Positions 58,201-64,000 of a stretch of 64,000 bases of DNA are shown one piece after another. The notes beneath the pieces were generated by a model that was given only the letters and a program-made list of their open reading frames with translations, ran no database searches and was not told the origin of the DNA. Each line of letters opens with the position of its first letter. Within the stretch, counting starts at the first letter, position 1. The DNA lies in NCBI GenBank assembly GCA_965219455.1, contig OZ244744.1:640001-704000 (forward strand), given 5' to 3'. A program made the position numbers and the translations under genes. The DNA comes from Candidatus Latescibacterota bacterium. GTDB lineage: Bacteria > Latescibacterota > UBA2968 > GCA-2709665.

Positions 58201-60577
58201 TGGAGGGGGCGGTCAGGCCGATCGACTCTGCACTGGTACGGGATGCGGCAAGGACGCCCACCGCGTCGGTGCCGACTTCGGTATCGATGTCAGTGATCGT
58301 CGCGTCGGTCGAGCGGTAGTAGCGCAGCGTGGTCGCCGTGGACTGGCCGGTACCCTGGTTGCGGACGGTCGCGTTCAGTGTGAACGAAGCCCCCGCGGTC
58401 GGGCTGCTGTTGCTGACCGTAGGCGCGTCAACGACGAGATCCGGGGCAGGTGCGGCGCCCACGGTGACGGTCACAGCCGGGGAGCAGTTATTCCCGGCGT
58501 TGGATTCACCGCTGACGCTCTCGACGCAGGCGCCGTAGTAGTAGGTCCCTGCGCTGGAGGGGGCGGTCAGGCCGATCGACTCTGCACTGGTACGGGATGC
58601 GCCTAGAACGCCCACCGCGTCGGTGCCGACTTGCGTATCCTGCGTCGTGATCGTCGTGTTGGTCGAGCGGTAGTAGCGCAAGGTCGTGGCCGCTGCGGAC
58701 TGGCCGGTACCCTGATTGCGGACCGTGGCGCTCAGGGTGAAGGAAGCCCCGGCAGTCGGGCTGCTGGTGCTGACCGTAGGGGCATCAACGACGAGATCCG
58801 GGGCGCCCACGGTTACGGCTACGGCTGCGGAGCAGTTGTTCCCGGTATCGCTTTCCCCGCTGACGCTCTCGACACAAGCACCGTAGTAGAAAATCCCGGC
58901 ATCCGACGGCGCATTCAGGCTGATCGACTCGGAACTGGCGCCGGGAGCGGCAAGGACGCCCACCGCGTCGGTGCCGACTTCGGTATCGATGTCAGTGATC
59001 GTCGCGTCGGTCGAGCGATAGTAGCGCAGCGTGGTCGCCGTGGACTGGCCGGTACCCTGGTTGCGGACGGTGGCGCTCAACGTGAAGGAAGCCCCGGCAG
59101 TCGGCCTGCTGTTGCTGACCGAAGGCGAGTCAACGACAAGATCGGGACGACCCCCGCCGCCACCCCCACCCCCGCCGCCGCCGGTTCCACTGCCTGGCGT
59201 CGCGCCCTCGGCAATCGGAGACCAGGGTCCCGGGGAGCCGGTATCGCACGAAGACGAGTTCCTGTACCGGTAACGAAATTCGTAGGTCGTATTCGGCTCC
59301 AGGGCAGGAGAGTAGATCCACGGAAGCGCGTAGGCGGTGATGGAATTGTCAGACCGGTTACTGTATGTCACACATACGTCGTTCCAACGACCTTGAGGCG
59401 TCTTTTCCCTCAATTGGAGATCATAGGCTCTGGTTTGTCCGGCGCGCCACGTGTCCCGAAAGGCAAAATAAAGCGTATCGGGTGCAGCACGCAAAAACAT
59501 GGGCGTCGCGAGATCGGAAAGGCTCCAATTCTCGGTTTCGCCGGTGGCGCCATTGTCACAGGCGAAACGCGCAGTGCCCGTGGTGGGTGAGGTGAAGGTC
59601 AGTCGGGTTGTACACCTGCCGCCGAACAGTTCCGGATTGTCGTAGGTTTGCGTGAATTGAGCTGTGTTTGCGCCGGTATTCGTGTATGCATAGCGTCCCT
59701 CGTGTCTCCTGAAGCCTTCGGTAAACCGGCCGGCAGAAACGATGTCCAGGAAAAACGTCTCCAACAGAATTCGCTTGCCAACGGCCAGGCGGTCGAAGGC
59801 ATCCTGATCGGCGGGGGCAAAGCCCGAAGGTGTCTCGACGACGGCGCCGAAGGCTTCGGCGAAGATGAGAAAATCGGAAAAGCCGACGGCTCCGTCGCTA
59901 TCCAGATCGATCCGCGCGTCATACTGCCCGTCGCCCTGTTGGGTCCCGAATTGTTCCGCAAATATCAGAAAGTCGGAAAAGCCGACGCGACCGTCGGCGT
60001 CGAAATCCGGAGAAGGCGCGACCGGCCCCGACGACACCTCGATGTTAAGGTTCAGGGGCAGGCGTTCGATGGGTCCGCCGCGGCCAAGTTCGGCGAGCGT
60101 AAGCCGGATTGTCGTACCCTCAAACGCCGCTGTCGTGCGAAAATGGATCGTGCCCACAAGACCCGTCGCGGCGGTGGCGCGACCCGCGAAAGATGCAAAA
60201 CTGACCTTCACGAAGGTCGGATTCGTCCCCGTTTCCACAAGTACCTGCGCATTGGGAAGAATGTCGCCGTTCTCAGACGCCTCGTATACGGCCTGACTCA
60301 CGTCGTATTCGAAACGAACGGAAACGCCTCGCGCGTCCTGGAGGTTTCTGCCGAACAGCTGGATGGAGACCCTCTGTTCCGGTGACGTGTTGAGCGCCGT
60401 CACACCCTGATCCCCAGCAGCGCCATTGGCGTCGGCAGAGAGCGAGAAACCGGTCTGGGAGTATACGTACCCCGGCCAGATCAACGTGGCGAACCACAGG
60501 ATCGCGAAAGTCGCGGCCACTATGGCGCGGCAACCCTGGAACTGACGACCTGTCGGATAGGGTCGACGAAAATCCAT
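52280..60577 (-). CDS. Giant secreted protein: cohesin-like, dockerin-like, unknown domain, FN3-like, 17 CARDB-like repeats and YWTD (LDL-receptor class B) propeller
   Basis: 2765 aa; 17 (P/T)DLVV...YYGAC...NNC units; YWTD/YWTN...KIQRADLDG repeats at the C-terminus. Confidence 0.85.
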   Translation of the reverse strand: MDFRRPYPTGRQFQGCRAIVAATFAILWFATLIWPGYVYSQTGFSLSADANGAAGDQGVTALNTSPEQRVSIQLFGRNLQDARGVSVRFEYDVSQAVYEASENGDILPNAQVLVETGTNPTFVKVSFASFAGRATAATGLVGTIHFRTTAAFEGTTIRLTLAELGRGGPIERLPLNLNIEVSSGPVAPSPDFDADGRVGFSDFLIFAEQFGTQQGDGQYDARIDLDSDGAVGFSDFLIFAEAFGAVVETPSGFAPADQDAFDRLAVGKRILLETFFLDIVSAGRFTEGFRRHEGRYAYTNTGANTAQFTQTYDNPELFGGRCTTRLTFTSPTTGTARFACDNGATGETENWSLSDLATPMFLRAAPDTLYFAFRDTWRAGQTRAYDLQLREKTPQGRWNDVCVTYSNRSDNSITAYALPWIYSPALEPNTTYEFRYRYRNSSSCDTGSPGPWSPIAEGATPGSGTGGGGGGGGGGGRPDLVVDSPSVSNSRPTAGASFTLSATVRNQGTGQSTATTLRYYRSTDATITDIDTEVGTDAVGVLAAPGASSESISLNAPSDAGIFYYGACVESVSGESDTGNNCSAAVAVTVGAPDLVVDAPTVSTSSPTAGASFTLSATVRNQGTGQSAAATTLRYYRSTNTTITTQDTQVGTDAVGVLGASRTSAESIGLTAPSSAGTYYYGACVESVSGESNAGNNCSPAVTVTVGAAPAPDLVVDAPTVSNSSPTAGASFTLNATVRNQGTGQSTATTLRYYRSTDATITDIDTEVGTDAVGVLAASRTSAESIGLTAPSSAGTYYYGACVESVSGESNAGNNCSPAVTVTVGAAPAPDLVVDTPTVSTSSPTAGASFTLSATVRNQGNGQSAATTLRYYRSTDATITTRDTEVGTDAVGVLVAPGTSAESIRLNAPSDAGIFYYGACVDAVSGESDSENNCSAAVTVNVVAPDLVVDVPTVSTSSPTAGASFTLSATVRNQGSGASAAATLRWYLSTDATVSTSDTEVGTALVSTLAASRISSESISLTAPSSAGTYYYGACVESVSGESDAGNNCSPAVTVTVGAAPAPDLVVDTPTVSTSSPTAGASFTLSATVRNQANGQSVATTLRWYLSTDATITTRDTEVGTDAVGVLAAPGTSAESIRLNAPSDAGTYYYGACVDAVSGESDSENNCSAAVTVTVVAPDLVVEAPTVSNSRPTAGASFTLSATVRNQGSGASAATTTLRYYRSTDATITTQDTQVGTDAVGVLAAPGTSAESISLNAPSDAGIFYYGACVDAVSGESDSENNCSLAVTVTVVAPDLVVDTPTVSTSSPTAGASFTLSATVRNQGNGQSAATTLRFFRSTDGTISASDTEAGSDAVGGLAASGTSDHSIELTAPSSAGTYYYGACVESVSGESDTGNNCSAAVTVTVGAPDLVVDSPSVSTSSPTAGASFTLSATVRNQGTGQSTATTLRYYRSTDATITDIDTEVGTDAVGVLAASRTSAESISLTAPASAGAYYYGACVESVSDESDTGNNCSAAVTVTVGAPDLVVDAPTVSNSRPTAGASFTLRATVRNQGNRPSAAATTLRYYRSTDATITTLDTEVGTDAVGVLAAPGTSAESISLNAPSDAGIFYYGACVDAVSGESDTGNNCSLAVTVTVGAAPATDLVVDAPTVSNSTPTAGASFALRATVRNQGNRQSAAATTLRYYRSTDATITTLDTEVGTDAVGVLAPSRTSFESITLTAPSSAGAYYYGACVDAVSGESDTENNCSLAVTVTVGAPDLVVDAPTVSNSTPTAGASFALRATVRNQGNSQSAATTLRWFLSTDATLSANVTEVGRHAVGVLAASRTSAESISLTAPSSAGTYYYGACVESVSGESNTGNNCSAAVTVNVGAAPAPDLVVDTPTVSNSSPTAGASFTLSATVRNQGNGQSAATTLRWFLSTDATLSANVTEVGRHAVGVLAASRTSAESISLTAPSSAGTYYYGACVESVSGESDTGNNCSAAVTVTVSAAPAPDLVVDAPTVSNSSPTAGASFTLSATVGNQGTGQSTATTLRFYRSTDGTISASDTEVGSQDVGGLSSFGRSEHSIELTAPSSAGTYYYGACVESVSDESDTGNNCSAAVTVNVAPAPDLVVDSPTVIVGSPTAGADFVLSATVRNQGTGQSAATTLRWFLSTDATISTSDTQVGTDEVLGLSASGTSAEWIIVYFPANAGNYYYGACVESVSGESNTENNCSPAVHVDVGAPDLVVGTPRAIPSNPTAGASFYLRVTVENQGTGPGLSAAATLRFYRSTDGTISDSDTEVGSLRVGSLAVSGTRNRSIVLTAPSSAGTYYYGACVESDSWESNTGNNCSAAVTVTVVAPDLVVDLPTVSDSNPTAGASFTLNATVRNQGTGQSVVTTLRFYRSTDATISASDTEVGSDAVGVLSASGTSGNSIELTAPSSAGAYYYGACVESVSDETDTGNNCSAAVSITVSTAPPPATGTSKLYWTDWGTDKIQRADLDGSNVEDLVSDAGLDGPDGLALDPSGGKIYWTNVGSNKIQRADLDGANVEDLITSGLSVPYGLALDPSGGKMYWTNRQTSKIQRADLDGTNIEDLLTLPGLAFPGELALDVSAGKMYWTNPGSDKIQRANLDGANVEDLVTSGLNSPTGLALDLSGGKIYWTDRGTHKVQRANPDGSNVEDLVASGLSTPTGLALDVSGGKMYWTDVDGDKIQRANLDGSSVEDLVTSADGLVDPSGLAVGVISQDTGTGGGDSTPRRQVMQLRDQLRTVRPHLKVPHTESE
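53215..59152 (-). repeat. Coding tandem array of 17 units of about 345-357 bp
   Basis: Counted from the translated repeats of the giant ORF. Confidence 0.85.
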
Positions 60578-60609
60578 CGTATCCTCCAGAGGCTAATTGG
60601 CCTCTTCAT

Positions 60610-60800
60610 GCCGGATGAGCAGTTGTTGCCGGTATTGCTCTCGGCGTTGGCGCCGCCGACCGCAAGTCCCCTCACCGCGTCCGTGCAGAGTTGTATATCC
60701 GTAGCATCAATGGTCGCGTGGACCGAGCGGTAGTAACGCAGCGTTGTGGCGACAGACCGACCCGTACCCTGATTGCGAGCCGTCCCCTGTAGCGTGAATT
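60610..60800 (-). pseudogene. CARDB-like repeat relic with internal deletion
   Basis: FTLQGTARNQGTGRSVATTLRYYRS...AESNTGNNCSSG. Confidence 0.7.
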
Positions 60801-60899
60801 GCCGCCGGAACGTCAAAGGCTATCGCACCTCTCGGATAGTCCAACAGAAAGTTGCCGAACCCGAACAGCGTTGAGAACTTTCTAAGGCACTGACAAGCG

Positions 60900-63422
60900 T
60901 TAATTCGCAGTATGAATCGTCCAACTATTGCTGCCACTATTTTTCGACGTGACAAAATTCCAACGCACGCCATTTACCGTCCCCGTGAGGCTTAGGCTAT
61001 TGTTACTGCTGAAAAACGAGATAGACCCCCTTCCAGAGTTGGAAACAGAGAAGGCAAAGCCTTTGTAAGTACAACTTTCGTTCGGATTCACAACTAACCC
61101 AGCCCTGCAAGCACCATGACTACCACCACCTCCGCCACCGGTTCCACTGCCTGGCGTCGTGCCCTCGGCAATGGGAGACCAGGGACCGGGAGAGCCGGTA
61201 TCGCAGGAAGATGAGTTTCTATACCGGTAACGCATCTCATAGGTGGTGTTCGGCAGAAATTGTGAAGAAATAAGAGCCACGGTGGAATACGTCCTAAGTG
61301 AATTGTCTGATGGATTTTCGTATGTCTTACACCCGAATAAAACCCAATCCTCCTGGGGCGTCGTTTTTTGCCGAACTGCAAAATCATAAGCTCGAGTTTG
61401 TTGAGCAGACCAGGTATCCAAAAAGGCAAAACCAAGTGTATCGGCAGTAGCTCTCACAAGGATAGGGGTCGTAAGATCGGATATCTGCCAACTCTCAACT
61501 TCACTCGTGGTTCCATTGTTGCCGCAGGTGTAGGTTAGAGTACCTGTTGTCGTTGACGTGAAGGTCAGCGAGGTGACACAGCGGCCACCGTACAATCCTT
61601 CGTCATAGGTTTGCGTAAATGTGCCGGCATTCGCACCAGTATGCGAATATGTATAGCTCCCCTCATCTCTATCAAAGCTTTCCTTGAAACGACCAGCAGA
61701 CTCAAAATCGATAAAATAAGATTCTGCGTCTATGCGATTGCCAACGACAAGTCTATTGAATGCCTGCTGGTCCGCCGGCGCGAAGCCGGAAGGAGTCGGC
61801 TGAGTGACGAATATCGTCACGTACCGTGAGCAGTTGTTACCGGTATTGCTTTCGCCGCTGACGGGATCAACACACGCGACAAGGTAATAGGTTCCCGCAT
61901 CCGATGGCGCATTCAGGCTGAAAGACTCGTCGCTCGTGCTCCCCGCCGCCAGGCTGCTCACTTCTTCCGTGCCCACTTCCACGTCATTCGACGAGACCGT
62001 CGCGTCAGACGAACGATAAATTCGCAAGGTTGTGGACGCTGACGAAGCATTGCCTTGATTGCGTACCGTGGCGGCGAAATCATACGATAGCCCGGTCGTC
62101 AAGGTACCCACCGGGACCAGGAGCGAAACGATCAAATCGGGGCTGTCGGCACTGCTGACGGCGACGCGTACGCCGAATGAGCAGTTGTTGCCGGTATTGC
62201 TTTCGCCGCTGACGTTATCAACGCAGGCGCCGTAGTAATACGTCCCGGCACTCGACGGCGCATTCAGGCTGATCGACTCGGCGCTCGTGCCCCCCGCCGA
62301 CAGGCTGTTCACGCCGTCCGTGCCCACTTCCACGTCATTCGACGAGACCGTCGCGTCAGACGAACGATAATACCGCAAGGTCGTGGACCCAGACGAAGCA
62401 TTGCCCCGATTGCGAACCGTGGCGCGCAACGTAAACGATTGCCCGGTCGTCAGCGTGTTGTCGTTGACCGAGGGCGATTCAACGATCAAATCGGGGCTGC
62501 CGGACGGTGGCGGCGTTGTCCCACCGCCTCCACCGTTACCAGAGGGCGGAACCTCACTGCCGAAGGCGCCTGCGAAGGTCAAGAAATCCGAAAAGCCCAC
62601 GGACCCATCACCATCCAGATCGAACCGCGCGTCATATCCGGCATCACCCTGCTGCGTCCCGAAACCGCTTGCGAATGCCAGAAAGTCTGAAAAACCGACG
62701 GTCCCGTCGCCGTCGAAGTCGGGAGACGGCGTGGCGTTGAAGCTTATTTCACTCGTCGTTGTAAGTTCGTCTTGCGATGCGCTGCTTTCCGCAAGCGTGA
62801 CCGACTCGATGCCGATGGCAAACTCCCGTCCCGTTACGTCGACAACCGTTTCAAATTCGGCGCGCGCCAGAAACCCGGACGCCGCCAGAGTCACGAGCGC
62901 CGTTGCCGCGAAGTTCGTACCCACGGACGCGTTCGGAATCGCTAGCGCAAACGCGCTGTTTTCGGCTTTGACGTAAGACAGGAGAGAAGCATCGAATTCA
63001 AACTTCAGGATCACGCCCCTCAACGACGTCCTCACGCCCGTTGCAAAAACCTCAACGGCAATCGTCGTTCCCTGTCCGGACACCGTGCCCGTGGTTACGC
63101 CGTCGTCTCTCTGATTGCCGGACCCGCCATCGGCGACCAGGTCCAGAGACAAAACCGCGTTGGCATTGGCGCCGGCGGCTATTTTCGCACCCGGTTCACC
63201 CATGTCCCAAAACGCCGCGTCCTCTGGCTCGCCTTCAAGCACAAGGACTGCACCATTCTCGAGAGATACGGCACGTTTAGACGCCCGATCCTTTGTCTGA
63301 TTGTCCGCGCCACCCGTAGCATTGGGAGTGGCAAACACGTGTTTGCCCACAAAGATGAACAGGGCAAATCCGGCAATAACCAAGACGCCGCTTAGCAGCT
63401 TTGAAAACATCAGTTTACGCAT
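60900..63422 (-). CDS. Secreted modular protein: cohesin-like, dockerin-like, two CARDB-like, unknown domain, FN3-like and C-terminal domain
   Basis: N-terminal ~300 aa nearly identical to the 46196 gene; middle module shared with the giant protein. Confidence 0.85.
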   Translation of the reverse strand: MRKLMFSKLLSGVLVIAGFALFIFVGKHVFATPNATGGADNQTKDRASKRAVSLENGAVLVLEGEPEDAAFWDMGEPGAKIAAGANANAVLSLDLVADGGSGNQRDDGVTTGTVSGQGTTIAVEVFATGVRTSLRGVILKFEFDASLLSYVKAENSAFALAIPNASVGTNFAATALVTLAASGFLARAEFETVVDVTGREFAIGIESVTLAESSASQDELTTTSEISFNATPSPDFDGDGTVGFSDFLAFASGFGTQQGDAGYDARFDLDGDGSVGFSDFLTFAGAFGSEVPPSGNGGGGGTTPPPSGSPDLIVESPSVNDNTLTTGQSFTLRATVRNRGNASSGSTTLRYYRSSDATVSSNDVEVGTDGVNSLSAGGTSAESISLNAPSSAGTYYYGACVDNVSGESNTGNNCSFGVRVAVSSADSPDLIVSLLVPVGTLTTGLSYDFAATVRNQGNASSASTTLRIYRSSDATVSSNDVEVGTEEVSSLAAGSTSDESFSLNAPSDAGTYYLVACVDPVSGESNTGNNCSRYVTIFVTQPTPSGFAPADQQAFNRLVVGNRIDAESYFIDFESAGRFKESFDRDEGSYTYSHTGANAGTFTQTYDEGLYGGRCVTSLTFTSTTTGTLTYTCGNNGTTSEVESWQISDLTTPILVRATADTLGFAFLDTWSAQQTRAYDFAVRQKTTPQEDWVLFGCKTYENPSDNSLRTYSTVALISSQFLPNTTYEMRYRYRNSSSCDTGSPGPWSPIAEGTTPGSGTGGGGGGSHGACRAGLVVNPNESCTYKGFAFSVSNSGRGSISFFSSNNSLSLTGTVNGVRWNFVTSKNSGSNSWTIHTAN

Positions 63423-63474
63423 GCCTTTCTCCTGGAACGGTTTCGCGTTGCTGAGCCGCAACCCGAAAGTGGAT

Positions 63475-63504
63475 GAATGGTGACATATTTCCGGGACGGG
63501 ACAC
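63475..63504. repeat. Repeat family A, half copy
   Basis: GAATGGTGACATATTTCCGGGACGGGACAC is the reverse complement of the left half of 11681-11738. Confidence 0.7.
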
Positions 63505-63515
63505 CAGCTTCAACC

Positions 63516-64000
63516 CTATTTCAACAGCAACATCCGCCTGGACGCCGAGAATTCTCCGGCATGTATGCGGTACAGATAGACGCCGCTGGCCACGCGGCGG
63601 CCCAACGCGTCGGCGCCGTCCCACGTGGCCGTGAACGATCCCGCCTCCTTCGTCTCGTTCACCAGAACGCGCACCTCCTGTCCCAGCAGATTGTATATGG
63701 CCAGCCGGACCAGCCCCGCCTCGGGAAGCTGGTATCCGATTAACGTGGAGGGGTTGAACGGATTGGGCGCGTTCCGGTTCAGGCCGTACTGATCCGGCAG
63801 CGGCCGCAGGTTCCCGATTTCAACGCGGGTCAGCATATCCACGGCGCCGTTTACGCCCACCAGCACGCTCTCGGAGACCTGAAAATCCGCCGCCGCCGGC
63901 GTGCCGCTCGTCTTGAAGACAAGCTCCACGAGCATGCCCTCGCCGGTGGCGCCCTGACCGTCGACTCTCACCGCGCCGACGTTCAGATTTCCCGGCGTAC
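63516..64000 (-). CDS. 3' end of a protein with a cohesin-like segment and FlgD-Ig/T9SS type A sorting-like domain (partial)
   Basis: NAPNPFNPST.IGYQLPE...IYNLLGQEVRVL...WDG.D..G..VASGVYLY...MLLLK; frame stays open to the window edge. Confidence 0.85.
   Translation of the reverse strand, partial: TPGNLNVGAVRVDGQGATGEGMLVELVFKTSGTPAAADFQVSESVLVGVNGAVDMLTRVEIGNLRPLPDQYGLNRNAPNPFNPSTLIGYQLPEAGLVRLAIYNLLGQEVRVLVNETKEAGSFTATWDGADALGRRVASGVYLYRIHAGEFSASRRMLLLK

Noticed and set aside
46196-63470. Diversity-generating retroelement (TR/VR pair) behind the paralog variation
   Set aside because: No reverse transcriptase in the window, and the differences between copies do not appear adenine-specific
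41498-64000. Classical cellulosome
   Set aside because: No glycoside hydrolase or CBM payload and no multi-cohesin scaffoldin is visible in the window

Overview
GC-rich bacterial window with almost all genes on the minus strand. The gene content (LpoB/COG3014 lipoproteins, a Bacteroidetes-like Mdh, an FlgD/T9SS-type C-terminal sorting domain, many dockerin-like and eukaryote-like repeat proteins) suggests a diderm FCB-group organism such as Latescibacterota, possibly host-associated; this is inference only. There are three zones. (1) 1-24.7 kb is a housekeeping/metabolic backbone ending in pyrF, rnpB, rnhA, a Zn-ribbon gene, tRNA-Val(CAC) and tRNA-Glu(TTC). (2) 24.7-41.4 kb is an accessory zone after tRNA-Glu, with three orphan peptide-type ABC exporters, an ECF sigma factor with a long C-terminal domain plus a stand-alone paralog of that domain, VOC/AraC/MBL/SPFH/methyltransferase/NUDIX genes, REP-like hairpins and duplicated gene 5' ends. 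(3) 41.5-64 kb is a cluster of secreted modular proteins built from dockerin-like, cohesin-like, LRR, metzincin-WD40, CARDB-like, YWTD and FlgD/T9SS-CTD modules, interspersed with relics of the same modules. The top candidates for novelty are a non-cellulolytic cohesin-dockerin-like surface display locus that appears to diversify by module shuffling, a MITE-derived P3 helix inside RNase P RNA, and an ECF sigma/paralog pair with an internal ribosome-binding site. All domain calls come from motif recognition by eye; no searches were run.
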